Below are positions 37,098 to 47,287 of a stretch of 64,000 bases of DNA, in pieces (the first letter of the stretch is position 1; the number at the start of each line of letters is the position of its first letter). Source of the DNA: Alphaproteobacteria bacterium. GTDB taxonomy: Bacteria > Pseudomonadota > Alphaproteobacteria > MPNO01 > UBA830. The notes under the pieces were generated by a model. It ran no database searches and was not told the DNA's origin. It was given only the letters and a program-made list of their open reading frames with translations. The position numbers were made by a program, and so were the translations under genes. Location: assembly GCA_965243135.1 (NCBI GenBank), contig OZ251539.1, positions 4,544,001-4,608,000 on the forward strand. Direction: 5' to 3'.

Positions 37098-39422
37098 TCA
37101 GTTCGCCGTCCGCGCGCCGCGCAGCGTTCGCCAGACTTTCTCGGGCGTCGCCGGCATCTCGATCGGCGGAGCCCCGTTGCGGCTCAACGCGTCGTTCACG
37201 GCGTTCATGACGGCCGGCAGCGCACCCACCGTGCCGGCCTCGCCCACGCCTTTCACGCCCAGCGGATTCCGCGCCGTAGGCACCTCGTTGGCCGCGATGT
37301 CGAAGCGGCAGAAATCGTCCGCCCGCGGCATGCAGTAATCCATGAAGGTGCCGGTCGCCGGCTGACCCGAATCGCGATCGTAATGGACGTCCTCCATCAA
37401 GATCTGGGCGGCTCCCTGAACGATCCCGCCATGGACCTGGCCGTCGAACAGCATCGGATTCAGAATGGTTCCCGCGTCGTCGACCGCGGTGTAGCGGACG
37501 AGCTCGATCGCGCCGGTCTCGGCGTCGATCTCGACTTCCGCCATGTGCGCGCCGTTGGGAAAGGTGGGATCGTCGCCGCGTCCCATGCCGAATTCGCCGT
37601 GCTCGTACAACCCCGGTTCGACGCCGGGCGGCAGGGCCGTTTTCTGGAACGCGGCGCGGGCGACCTCGTCGAGAGAGACCGACCGGTCGGTCCCGGAAAC
37701 CGTGAAGCGGCCGTCGGCGCATTCGACGTCCGCGTCCGCCGCTTCCAGCATATGGGCGGCGATGCGCCGACCCTTTTCGACGATCTTGTCCGCCGCGATC
37801 GCGACCGCCGACCCGGCGAATACCGCGCTCCTGGCGTTGAAGGTCCCGACGCCGGTCGCCACCCTGTCCGAATCCCCGAAGACGTATCTGATTTTCCGGT
37901 CGTCGATGCCCAGCCGGCCGGCGAGAATCCGCTTGAATGTCGTGGCGTGCCCCTGCCCGTGATCCATCGCGCCGCAAAGCAGCGTGATGCCGCCCGATGC
38001 GTCGAACCGGACTTCGACGTGTTCGAAGTTCGTGCTCGCGACGCCGGTCACCGTATTCGACGTCCCGACGCCGAGCAGTTTGCCCCGGCGCGCCGCGTCC
38101 GCGCGGCGCCGTTCCGCGGACGAATGCCCGCCCCGTTCGAGGCAGTCCTCGAAATTGCCCGCGAAGTCGCCGCAGTCGTACACGTCGCCCAGACAGGTCC
38201 TGAAAGGCAGGGCGTCCCGGGCGATGGTATTACGGCGCCGGAGTTCGAGGGCGTCCGTTCCCAGCTGCCGCGCCGCGGCGTCGATCATCGTTTCGACGAC
38301 GTAGACGGGCTCCGGTTTGGCGCCGCCGCGATACTGGGCGTTGCCCGCTATGTTGGCGAACGCGCCCGTGACCTTGGCATGGATCGCGGGAATCCCGTAG
38401 ACGCCGGCCAATCCGCCGAGCCCGCTGGTCGCGCAGCGCAGGTTCCGGTCGGTGGTGAAGTAAGCCCCGATGGGAACCTTGGTATGCGCGCGAAGACCGA
38501 GAAAGCGATAGTCGCCGTCGAGCGCCAGTTCGGCGTCGACCAGGCCGCCGCGAGCCTGATCGTCCGTGAGCAGGCATTCGGCCCGCTCCGCTATCCACTT
38601 CACCGGACGGCCCGTGATCTCCGACGCCCAAAGCGAAAGGCTGTATTCTGGATAACAGCCTCCCCTGGTGCCGAAGCCGCCGCCCATGTTGTCGCAGACC
38701 ACGCGCAGACGGGTCTGCGGCATTCCGAAAATCCGTTCCGAGATCAGCTGACGAATGCCGTGCACGGACTGCACGGTTGCCCGCAGCGTGTAACGGTCCT
38801 CGAAGGGATCGTACTCGCCGATGCAGCCGCGGGGCTCCATCGTGTTGCCGGCGACGCGATTCACGCAGACCCGATGGCGAACGACGTGCGCCGCCCGCGC
38901 GAACGCTGCGTCGACCGCGGCGAGGTCTCCGCGCGCGAACGTGAACGCCTCGTTTCCGGGATTGGCTTTCCAGATCGCCGGAGCGTCCGGCGCCAGCGCG
39001 TCGTCCACGGACACGACGGCCGGAAGCGCCTCGAACTCGATTTCGATCAGCTCCGCGGCGTCCTTGGCCTGGTCCACCGTTTCAGCGACGACGAACGCGA
39101 CCGGCTCGCCGACGAACCTGACCCGCTCCCGCGCCAGCAGGGGCTGCGGGCAGACGAAGCCCGGCGAACCGTCGCTGCGCTTGGTCGCGATCTCGGGCGC
39201 GAGGCTGCCGAGTCCCCTTTTCTCCGCGTCCTCGTCCGCAAGCGCCGCAAGCACCCCCGGCGCGCGCCGCGCCGCCCGGAGATCGATCGAAGCGATCCGC
39301 GCATGCGCGACGGGCGATCGGAAAACGACGGCATGCGCCTGTCCGCGCACGGTCACGTCGTCCGCGTAACGTCCCCTGCCGCTGAGAAACCGAAAATCCT
39401 CTTCTCTCATGCCGCTTTCCAT
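37098..39422 (-). CDS. Xanthine dehydrogenase/CoxL-family large subunit (paralog 2)
   Basis: MGGGFG, loop QYRGGAKPE, HGQGHAT, GTFNARS, KGVGEAG. Confidence 0.93.
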   Translation of the reverse strand: MESGMREEDFRFLSGRGRYADDVTVRGQAHAVVFRSPVAHARIASIDLRAARRAPGVLAALADEDAEKRGLGSLAPEIATKRSDGSPGFVCPQPLLARERVRFVGEPVAFVVAETVDQAKDAAELIEIEFEALPAVVSVDDALAPDAPAIWKANPGNEAFTFARGDLAAVDAAFARAAHVVRHRVCVNRVAGNTMEPRGCIGEYDPFEDRYTLRATVQSVHGIRQLISERIFGMPQTRLRVVCDNMGGGFGTRGGCYPEYSLSLWASEITGRPVKWIAERAECLLTDDQARGGLVDAELALDGDYRFLGLRAHTKVPIGAYFTTDRNLRCATSGLGGLAGVYGIPAIHAKVTGAFANIAGNAQYRGGAKPEPVYVVETMIDAAARQLGTDALELRRRNTIARDALPFRTCLGDVYDCGDFAGNFEDCLERGGHSSAERRRADAARRGKLLGVGTSNTVTGVASTNFEHVEVRFDASGGITLLCGAMDHGQGHATTFKRILAGRLGIDDRKIRYVFGDSDRVATGVGTFNARSAVFAGSAVAIAADKIVEKGRRIAAHMLEAADADVECADGRFTVSGTDRSVSLDEVARAAFQKTALPPGVEPGLYEHGEFGMGRGDDPTFPNGAHMAEVEIDAETGAIELVRYTAVDDAGTILNPMLFDGQVHGGIVQGAAQILMEDVHYDRDSGQPATGTFMDYCMPRADDFCRFDIAANEVPTARNPLGVKGVGEAGTVGALPAVMNAVNDALSRNGAPPIEMPATPEKVWRTLRGARTAN

Positions 39423-39585
39423 TCCGCCGTCGACAGCGCGCCAGAATATCACGGCGCGCCGCGACGCCCTCCCGGGGGGAGTCCGCGAGAAAGCGTTCCG
39501 GCGCTTCCGTCCATGCGGACGGCGCTTCGCCGAGCGAATCCCGGCCGCCCGCGGGCGGCCGGGACTGCGTTTTCCGGCTCGGCCT

Positions 39586-40098
39586 TCAACGCCGGCCGCG
39601 CCGTTCGACGAGCCTGTCGATGGCCGCCTTCTGGTCCTCGCTGAGGGTTCCGTAGAAGCGCTCGAACGCCGGACGCACTTCCCGAACCACTTCGAGACCG
39701 GCGGTCATCGCCGTTTCGAGCACGGCGAGCTTTCCGGGAGCCGTGGACGGCCTCTCGTCGAGCGCCGCGCAATGCCGGCCGATCGCGTCGCTGCCCTTGC
39801 GGAGCGCCGCGGCGAGGGCGTCCCACGCGGGCTTTTGCTGGTCGTTGAAACTGAAGAATGCCTCGACGAAATCGATGCCTCCCTCAAGCCTCTGCGACCG
39901 CGAGTCGCCGCAAATCCGATGCAGGCCGCGTCCCCGGCGGTGGCCCCAATGGCCGCCTTGAGACGCCGCGGCCGCCGAAATCATTTCGAGCTTGGCGGTG
40001 TTGAGCGCCTGCGAGCCCGCGCCGGTGAAGGCGAAGGCGACTCCGCCGATGCCGATCGCTGCGACGGCTCCGAGCGCAATTTTCCATTTGCGTGTCAT
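39586..40098 (-). CDS. Spy/CpxP (LTXXQ) family periplasmic protein
   Basis: Signal peptide; FNDQQKPAWDAL and FYGTLSEDQKA motifs. Confidence 0.8.
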   Translation of the reverse strand: MTRKWKIALGAVAAIGIGGVAFAFTGAGSQALNTAKLEMISAAAASQGGHWGHRRGRGLHRICGDSRSQRLEGGIDFVEAFFSFNDQQKPAWDALAAALRKGSDAIGRHCAALDERPSTAPGKLAVLETAMTAGLEVVREVRPAFERFYGTLSEDQKAAIDRLVERRGRR

Positions 40099-40192
40099 GA
40101 CGATTTTCCCTGTTGTTATGCCGCGACATGCGGCGACATCCGCAATATGGCGCACGAGCGCGCCGCCCGTATTTCGCCGGAGGGGCTTTTCG

Positions 40193-40235
40193 GTAACGTT
40201 CCTTTGCCAGCTGTCGTTCCGTAACGTTTCGTTAC
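40193..40235. promoter_or_regulatory. Candidate response-regulator binding site
   Basis: GTAACGTT twice (40193, 40221) and palindrome GTAAC-N5-GTTAC (40221-40235) between divergent genes. Confidence 0.5.
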
Positions 40236-40278
40236 CATTTTTCGGGGAACGCCGCCGCGCCGGTCGTATACTGACCCC

Positions 40279-41001
40279 ATGAACGAGCCGAGTCCGCACA
40301 TCCTTATCGTCGACGACGACCGCGAGATCCGCGACCTCACGGCCCGCTTCCTGAGGAAACACGGTTTCCGCGCGTCGATGGCCGCGAACGGTCGGGAAAT
40401 GGATTCGCAGCTTGCCGGCGGGCGCTTCGATCTCATCGTGCTGGACCTGATGATGCCCGGCGAGGACGGACTGTCCATCTGCCGCCGCCTGCGCTCGCGC
40501 GGCGCCACTCCGATCGTCATGTTGACGGCGCTCGGAGAGGAGACCGACCGCATCGTCGGTCTGGAGATGGGAGCCGACGATTACCTGCCGAAGCCGTTCA
40601 ACCCGCGCGAGTTGCTGGCCCGCATCAAGGCGGTATTGCGCCGAAGCGAAGCCCCCGCCCCGGAAACGCCGGCCGGCCGGAGGCTCGCTTTCTCCGGCTT
40701 CGTCCTCGATTTGGCCGCTCGGGAGTTGCGCGACCGGGAGGGTTCGCCGGTCGCGTTGACGGCCGGCGAGTTCGACCTGCTGGCGGCGTTCGCGGAACGG
40801 CCCGGGCGCGTTCTCAACCGCGACCAGTTGCTCGATCTCACGCGCGGCCGGGAGGCGGGTCCGTTCGACCGGTCGGTCGACGTGCAGCTCAGCAGGTTGC
40901 GCCGCAAGATCGAGGCGGATCCAAGCGCTCCGACCCTGATAAAGACGGTGCGCGGCGGCGGCTACGTCTTCGCCGCCGAGATTTCGGCCGCGCCGCCGTG
41001 A
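40279..41001 (+). CDS. OmpR-family response regulator
   Basis: VDDD, LDLMMPGEDG, GADDYLPKPF, winged helix RSVDVQLSRLRRK. Confidence 0.95.
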   Translation: MNEPSPHILIVDDDREIRDLTARFLRKHGFRASMAANGREMDSQLAGGRFDLIVLDLMMPGEDGLSICRRLRSRGATPIVMLTALGEETDRIVGLEMGADDYLPKPFNPRELLARIKAVLRRSEAPAPETPAGRRLAFSGFVLDLAARELRDREGSPVALTAGEFDLLAAFAERPGRVLNRDQLLDLTRGREAGPFDRSVDVQLSRLRRKIEADPSAPTLIKTVRGGGYVFAAEISAAPP

Positions 41002-42359
41002 CCGAGCGCCGCCGCTTCTGGCCGGCGGGCATCGCGGGGCGCATCGCCCTGCTGTTCGCCGCGCTGCTGATCGCGTCTCTGTGGGCGAGCGCCGCCTTCT
41101 ACGCGCGAGACCGCGGACAGACGACGATCCGCCTGTTCTCGGAATCGGTGGCGGAGCGCATCGGCGCCGTCGTGCCGCTGCTCGAACGGACGCCCCCCCG
41201 CGAGCGGGCGGCGCTGATCCCCGCGCTCAGCAGTCCGACGCTCTGGATCGGACTGGCGGACCGGCGGCGGATCCCCGGCGGCTGGCGCCGCGACATCGAA
41301 CGCGAGAGAGAGATCGCCGCTTTCCTCCCCGATCTCGGCCGCCGCGTCGAAATCCGCGTCCACCACCGCTGGCAACGCCGCCGCGGCCCCATGCTTCCCC
41401 ACCGGTTTCCCCAGCCGCCCGACCTGTTGAACAGCCGAGTCAAGGTTCTCATTTCCGTCGCTCTCGAAGGAGGAGGCTGGGCGCATTTCGTGGCGTCCAC
41501 CGACACCACCTCCTTGCGGTGGGCGCTGCGCACGGCGTTCTGGACGACCGTCGCTTCGCTGGCGATCTTCGCCGTCGCCTTCTGGGCGGCGCGCCGGATG
41601 ACGCGGCCGCTCCGCCGCTTCGCGGACGCGGCCGAGCGCATCGGCCTGGACGTCCGGTCCCCTCCGCTGCCGGAACAGGGATCGCGCGAACTGCGCAACG
41701 CGACCCGCGCCTTCAACCGGATGCAGGATCGGCTGCGGCGGCTGGTCGACGACCGGACGATGACGCTCGCGGCGATCAGCCACGATCTCCGCACCATGCT
41801 GACGCGGCTCAAGCTGCGGACCGAGTTCATCGACGACGGAGAGCAACGGCGCAAGGCCGTCGCGGATCTCAACGAGATGCAATCGATGCTCGATTCGACC
41901 CTGGCTTTCGCGCGCGACGATGCCGTCGACGAGCCGCGAACGGAGATCGACGTCGCGGCGCTCCTGCGCGATCTTTGCGCGGATTTGGGGGGCGTCGCCT
42001 GCGACGGCCCGGAACGCCTGCCCTACGCGTGCTCGCCGAAGGCGATAAAGCGGGCGCTCCAGAACGTTCTCGACAACGCGATCAAGTACGGCGGGGAAGC
42101 GGAGGCGGCGATCGAGGAGGGCGGGGACGGCGTCTCGATCGCCGTCGCGGACCGCGGCCCGGGCGTTCCGCCCGATCACCGGGAGGACGTCTTCCGGCCC
42201 TTCTACCGCCTCGAATCCTCGCGCAGCCGGGAAACCGGCGGATCGGGGCTCGGCCTCGCGGTCGCCCGGTCGATCGTGCGGCGGCATGGCGGCGATATCG
42301 TTCTGTCCGATCGCCCGGGCGGCGGATTGATCGCGCGCGTCTTTCTGCCGCGTCCGTGA
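40998..42359 (+). CDS. Sensor histidine kinase (HAMP, HisKA, HATPase)
   Basis: ISHDLRT, NVLDNAIKY, DRGPG, GSGLGL. Confidence 0.95.
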   Translation: MTERRRFWPAGIAGRIALLFAALLIASLWASAAFYARDRGQTTIRLFSESVAERIGAVVPLLERTPPRERAALIPALSSPTLWIGLADRRRIPGGWRRDIEREREIAAFLPDLGRRVEIRVHHRWQRRRGPMLPHRFPQPPDLLNSRVKVLISVALEGGGWAHFVASTDTTSLRWALRTAFWTTVASLAIFAVAFWAARRMTRPLRRFADAAERIGLDVRSPPLPEQGSRELRNATRAFNRMQDRLRRLVDDRTMTLAAISHDLRTMLTRLKLRTEFIDDGEQRRKAVADLNEMQSMLDSTLAFARDDAVDEPRTEIDVAALLRDLCADLGGVACDGPERLPYACSPKAIKRALQNVLDNAIKYGGEAEAAIEEGGDGVSIAVADRGPGVPPDHREDVFRPFYRLESSRSRETGGSGLGLAVARSIVRRHGGDIVLSDRPGGGLIARVFLPRP

Positions 42360-42512
42360 ACGCGCTCCGCGAAACGAAGCACGCTCCTCCGTCCGGCCTG
42401 CCGGCGGCGTCGCGCGGTCGGCCGGCGCGACCGGCCCCGACGCCTGCGCTCGCCGGCTTGCCATGAATATCCGCGAACGGTATTCAATCCCCGACGCAAG
42501 GATAGGCATCGA

Positions 42513-44846
42513 ATGACGAAATTCGGCATCGGCCAGGGCATCCCGCGCTGGGAAGATCCCCGCCTTTTGCGCGGCGGCGGACGGTATTCCGACGATCTCG
42601 ACAGGCCCGGACAGGCCTACGGTCACGTATTGCGCTCTCCGCACGCGCACGCCGCGATCAATTCCATCGACGCGTCCGCCGCCGCGCGGACGCCGGGCGT
42701 CCTCGGCGTCTGGACCGGAGAAGATTACGCCGCCTCCGGCCTCGGGAACGTCCCCTGCGTCGTCCCGCGCCGAAGAGCGGACGGTTCGCCCATGTTCGTC
42801 CCTCCCAACGGCGGCCTGCGGCGCGGGGCCGTCAAGATGGTCGGCGACCCGGTCGCATGGATCGTCGCGGAGACGGCGGCGCAGGCGCGCGACGCGTCCG
42901 AACTGATCGAAGTCGACTACGCGCCTCTGGCATCGGTCACGTCGACGGCCGAGGCCGCGGCGCCCGGCAGCGCGACGGTCTGGGAGGAAGCGCCGGACAA
43001 CGTGTGCTTCGTCCACGAACTCGGCGACAAGGAGAAAGTCGAGGCGGCGTTCGCGCAAGCCCATCACGTCGCGAAGATCGACTTGGATATCTCGCGCGTT
43101 TCCGTCGCCCCCATGGAGCCGCGCGCCTGCATCGGCGAATACGACAAGCACGAGGGCCGCTACACGCTCTATACGGGCACCCAGGGCCCTCACGGCGTCC
43201 GGCAGGCGATCGCCGGACCCGTTCTCCGCGTTCCGCAGAACAGGCTGCGAGTGGTTTCCAAAGACATGGGCGGCGCGTTCGGCATGCGTTCGGGGCCCTA
43301 TCCGGAAAATATCCTGTGCCTGTGGACGGCGAAACTGCTCGACCGGCCCGTCAAGTGGACCGGCGACCGCACGGAGGCGTTCCAGTCGGACGACCAGGCC
43401 CGCGACAACCTGTCGACCGTCGAACTCGCGCTCGACGCCGACGGCCTGTTCCTCGGCCTGAGAGTCGTCACGGTCGCCAATCTCGGCGCCTATCTTTCGC
43501 TGCTCGGCCCCCACTCTTCGACGAACAATCTCGGTTCCCTTTCGAACACGTACAGGACGCCGGCCGTCTTCACGCGCGTGACGGGCGTCTTCACCCACAC
43601 CACCCCGACCGGCCCTTACCGCGGCGCCGGCCGCCCGGAGGCGGTCTACTGCGTCGAGCGGGCGGTCGACGCCGGCGCGCGCGACCTCGGCGTCGATCCC
43701 GCCGAAATCCGCCGCCGGAACATGATCCCCGAGATCTCGGAGCCCTGGAACACGGGGTTCCTGTTCACCTACGACTCCGGCGAGTTCGGAAAGAACATGG
43801 AGAGCGTCCTCGGCATGATCGATTACGCCGGCTTCGAGGACCGCCGCAGGGAAGCGTCCGCTCGCGGCATGCTGCGGGGCGTCGGCGTCGCGAACAGCAT
43901 CGAACAGGCGGCCGGCGGGCCGCCCGAATGGGCGCAGATCCGCATCGATTCCTCGGGCGCCGCCACGCTCATCATGGGCACCCACAACCACGGCCAGGGC
44001 CACGAAACGATATTCCGGCAGATGCTGTCCGACATGTTGGGACTGGAATTCGAACAGGTGCGCATAGCGCAGGGCGATTCCGACGTCGCGACGATGGGCA
44101 CCGGCACTTTCGGATCGCGTTCGTCGGGCGTGGGCGGCGCGTCGATCCGGCTCGCGGCCGACAGGATCGTCGAGAAATGCCGGATCGTGGTCGCCCACAG
44201 CCTCGAGGCGGCGCCGGAGGACATCGAATTCGCCGACGGAACGTTCGTCGTCGCCGGCACGGACAAATCCATGAGCCTGACGGACGCGGCGCGGATCGCG
44301 CACGATTTCATGACGGCGCCGCCGGGCTTCGAACTCGGCCTCGACGCCTGGGCGGCATGGTCGCCGCCCGCCCCGACCTTCCCCAACGGCGCGCATGCCT
44401 GCGAAGTGGAAATCGACCCGGAGACGGGAGCCGCGGAGATCGTTCGCTACTGCGTGGTCGACGACGTCGGCACGGTGATCAACCCGCTGTTGCTGGCGGG
44501 CCAGATCCAGGGCGGCGTCGTCCAGGGCATCGGGCAGATCATGACCGAACGCGTGTCGTGGGACCGGGATTCCGGCCAGATGGTCTCCGGCTCCTTCATG
44601 GATTACGCCATGCCGCGCGCCGACGACTGCCCCGCCTTCGAGATGGACGAGAACGAAGTCCCGAGTCCCACCAACCCGATGGGGATCAAGGGCGCCGGCG
44701 AAGCCGGATGCGTCGGCGCGATGCCGGCGGCGATGAACGCCGTCTGCAACGCTCTCGCTCCGCTCGGCGTCCGCGGCCTCGACATGCCGGCCACCCCGGC
44801 CCGCGTGTGGCGGGCGATCCGCTCCGCCGGGTCCGCCGTCGACTGA
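42513..44846 (+). CDS. CoxL form II-like molybdenum hydroxylase large subunit (paralog 3)
   Basis: MGGAFG, loop PYRGAGRPE, HGQGHET, GTFGSRS, KGAGEAG. Confidence 0.93.
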   Translation: MTKFGIGQGIPRWEDPRLLRGGGRYSDDLDRPGQAYGHVLRSPHAHAAINSIDASAAARTPGVLGVWTGEDYAASGLGNVPCVVPRRRADGSPMFVPPNGGLRRGAVKMVGDPVAWIVAETAAQARDASELIEVDYAPLASVTSTAEAAAPGSATVWEEAPDNVCFVHELGDKEKVEAAFAQAHHVAKIDLDISRVSVAPMEPRACIGEYDKHEGRYTLYTGTQGPHGVRQAIAGPVLRVPQNRLRVVSKDMGGAFGMRSGPYPENILCLWTAKLLDRPVKWTGDRTEAFQSDDQARDNLSTVELALDADGLFLGLRVVTVANLGAYLSLLGPHSSTNNLGSLSNTYRTPAVFTRVTGVFTHTTPTGPYRGAGRPEAVYCVERAVDAGARDLGVDPAEIRRRNMIPEISEPWNTGFLFTYDSGEFGKNMESVLGMIDYAGFEDRRREASARGMLRGVGVANSIEQAAGGPPEWAQIRIDSSGAATLIMGTHNHGQGHETIFRQMLSDMLGLEFEQVRIAQGDSDVATMGTGTFGSRSSGVGGASIRLAADRIVEKCRIVVAHSLEAAPEDIEFADGTFVVAGTDKSMSLTDAARIAHDFMTAPPGFELGLDAWAAWSPPAPTFPNGAHACEVEIDPETGAAEIVRYCVVDDVGTVINPLLLAGQIQGGVVQGIGQIMTERVSWDRDSGQMVSGSFMDYAMPRADDCPAFEMDENEVPSPTNPMGIKGAGEAGCVGAMPAAMNAVCNALAPLGVRGLDMPATPARVWRAIRSAGSAVD

Positions 44847-44857
44847 AGGAACGCGAA

Positions 44858-45445
44858 ATGGAGTTCGAAAACAGCTTCGAGGTGCCGCTGCCGCCCGACA
44901 GGGCATGGGCCGCCCTGATGGACATCGAAAGGATCGCGCCCTGCATGCCGGGAGCGGAGCTGACCGAAATCGTCGACGACCGCGCGTTCAAGGGGAAGGT
45001 TTCGGTGCGCCTGGGCCCCGTCGCGCTGACGTTTCAAGGGCAGGCGTCGTTCGAGGAAATCGACGAGGCGGCGCGGCGCGCGGAGGTCAAGGCGCAGGGG
45101 AACGACGCCAAGGGCCGCGGCGGCGCCCAGGCCAGGATCGCTTTCGCGCTGGCTCCGTCGGAGACCGGATCGACCGTGAACATACGCACCGACCTGCAGC
45201 TCTCCGGCTCGGTGGCGCAATACGGCCGGGGCGTCGGGATGATCAAGGATCTCGCGAGCCGGATCATCGGCGAGTTCGCCGACAATCTGGAGAAACGGAT
45301 CGAAGCGGAAGAGAGCGCGGCGGACGACGGCGCGGCGGAGCCTGAATCCGCGGCGCCGGCCCGGGTAGGCGGCATGGCGCTGCGGATCTTGTGGGACCGC
45401 GTCCTGCAAGCGCTCGGAAGCCTGTTCGGAAAACGCGGCTCCTGA
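44858..45445 (+). CDS. coxG: CoxG/SRPBCC protein
   Basis: AW..LMD.ERIAPCMPGA, LSG.VAQYGRG. Confidence 0.88.
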   Translation: MEFENSFEVPLPPDRAWAALMDIERIAPCMPGAELTEIVDDRAFKGKVSVRLGPVALTFQGQASFEEIDEAARRAEVKAQGNDAKGRGGAQARIAFALAPSETGSTVNIRTDLQLSGSVAQYGRGVGMIKDLASRIIGEFADNLEKRIEAEESAADDGAAEPESAAPARVGGMALRILWDRVLQALGSLFGKRGS

Positions 45446-45463
45446 CGTCGGCGAACGGACGGC

Positions 45464-45874
45464 CTACAGCTTCATGTGCCGTGCGCGAACGCCGCGCTGG
45501 ATAGCCGCGACGGCAAGCAGGTCGAGCTTCAGCTCGTCCGCCAGCACCTCCAGAAACCGGAGCTCTTCCTGGTTCGCGTGACGATCCGCGGCGACGATTT
45601 CGCAGGCGAACGCATACGCCGTCTCGTGCAGTCCCGGGGGAAGCGCTTCGCGGATGTTGCGCATGACCGCTTCGATTCCGTCGTCGCCCGCAAGGAGTTC
45701 GGCGCAGGCTTCCGCATCCGCGACGAGGTCGTCGGGATCGTACTCGTCGAAGGCCGGCATCCTTTCTACCAACTGCCCGATGCGAACGAGTTCGGAGTCG
45801 GTCATCTCGGCATCGATCGCGGAGGCGATCACCATCGTGAAGATCAAGGCGCGGTGCGGGGTTATCCTGTCCAT
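45464..45874 (-). CDS. TerB-family protein
   Basis: ALIFTMVIASA.D..MTD.EL, ETAYAFACEI.AAD, EELR.L. Confidence 0.85.
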   Translation of the reverse strand: MDRITPHRALIFTMVIASAIDAEMTDSELVRIGQLVERMPAFDEYDPDDLVADAEACAELLAGDDGIEAVMRNIREALPPGLHETAYAFACEIVAADRHANQEELRFLEVLADELKLDLLAVAAIQRGVRARHMKL

Positions 45875-46236
45875 GGCGACTCCGCGGGGTTTTCCGGTTC
45901 AAAACGCGACCGGCAGATAAACGCCGGACCGTCGCCCGTCAAGCGGCAGCCCGTCGCTTTCCCGAAGCGACGCATCCGGAAGGCGCGGTCGACCGCGGCG
46001 GACGAACCGTTCCGCTTCGCGGCGAAACCAGGGCGAACGGGGCCGAAATCGCCGTCCGCCGGAGCCGCGTCTTCTTTTTGGCCGACCGTCTTTCCGGGAA
46101 GTTCGCGACGAGGCACGATAGCGGCAATGCAGGGGCGAACGCTCGCGCGGAACCGGCGCACCGCCGCTCGCCTTGGCCAAACTGCGGCGGCGAGGCGGGT
46201 TCGAAGGGGCCCGAGCAAGCGATGGAGGAGCAACCA

Positions 46237-46566
46237 ATGGCACTGCGTGAAGTAACGACAGAAGGCGTCGAACTCGCGATTCGGGAATTCGATCGGATCG
46301 GCCCGGACGCAATGCTGCGGAAGTATTCCGGGGGCAAGTCGACGAAATGGTACATCGAACGTCATGGAAAGCCGTACGATCAGAAACTGGTTTTGCGAGC
46401 GGCCCATGAACTGCAGGGGCTGGGACCCTTGCCCGCCGGACGCGGAACATTCACCGCGAGCGACGCGCAACGGCACTTGCGGAAACTCGGTTATCTGGTC
46501 GACAAGACCGCCGCCGCGCCCGGCCGTGCCGACGGACGGAACGCCGACAAGAAACCGCCCAAATAA
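46237..46566 (+). CDS. Hypothetical protein resembling the ScoMcrA N-terminal head domain
   Basis: VT.EGVELAIREFDRIG.DA.LRKY...GKPYD.K....AAH...LRKLGY.V; SD GGAGGAG. Confidence 0.65.
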   Translation: MALREVTTEGVELAIREFDRIGPDAMLRKYSGGKSTKWYIERHGKPYDQKLVLRAAHELQGLGPLPAGRGTFTASDAQRHLRKLGYLVDKTAAAPGRADGRNADKKPPK

Positions 46567-46984
46567 TCCAGGGATGACGTTGACGAGAGCGCGAACCGGA
46601 GGCCTCGACCCTTCGGCGGAGTCGCTCGCCCGGAGCGGTCCGCGCGACGTATTTTGAACGGAGCGCCGCTCCGAAGACGGCTCTTCCGACCGGCCACCGG
46701 GCGCGCAAGACCGCTCGACTACCGGCGGTCGGACTCGGCGGCCTCCCGGCGCATGCCGACAAGTATGTCGCCGCACTGCCTCCGGTGCAGGAATCGTCGC
46801 TTTCCCGCGTCGCATTTCCGGGTTCGCTTCCGCTGAGAAAGATCGCCTGCTGCGGACGTTCTCCGCCATGCGGAAGAAGACAATCTCGCGACGGTCGCGG
46901 CCGACTGGCGTTGGCAGGATTCCGGACGGCGGTCCGCGAGCGATCGACGCCTTGCGAAGCGATCGATTTTGTCCGGCCGCCGTT

Positions 46985-47266
46985 TCAACGTCCGGTTCTC
47001 AGGTCGACGACGCCTTGCGACCGCCCGGTTCGCGCGTCGATGACGATCAGCCGCGACCGGCCGTCCGGCAATTTCGCCCGAACGACGATCCGATCGCCGT
47101 CGATTACGATATCGTCCACCGCCGCGCCTTGCGGCAGACTGATCGAACCGGCGTAGGGCGGAGCGTCGTCCCGGCTGTTGACGGCGAGAGCCGCCACGAT
47201 CAGCATCACGGTCATGGCGACGATCAGACCGCCCATGACGAGTGCGAGAATCTTGATGGTGCGCAC
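46985..47266 (-). CDS. Small membrane protein (DUF6476-like) divergent from rluD
   Basis: IKILALVMG.LI, LPQGA, D.RTG; typical alphaproteobacterial position. Confidence 0.7.
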   Translation of the reverse strand: MRTIKILALVMGGLIVAMTVMLIVAALAVNSRDDAPPYAGSISLPQGAAVDDIVIDGDRIVVRAKLPDGRSRLIVIDARTGRSQGVVDLRTGR

Positions 47267-47287
47267 CGAACCGGCCCCTGCTGCGCG

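Noticed and set aside
42513-44846. True aerobic CO dehydrogenase (form I)
   Set aside because: None of the three large subunits has the AYxCSFR Cu-ligand motif
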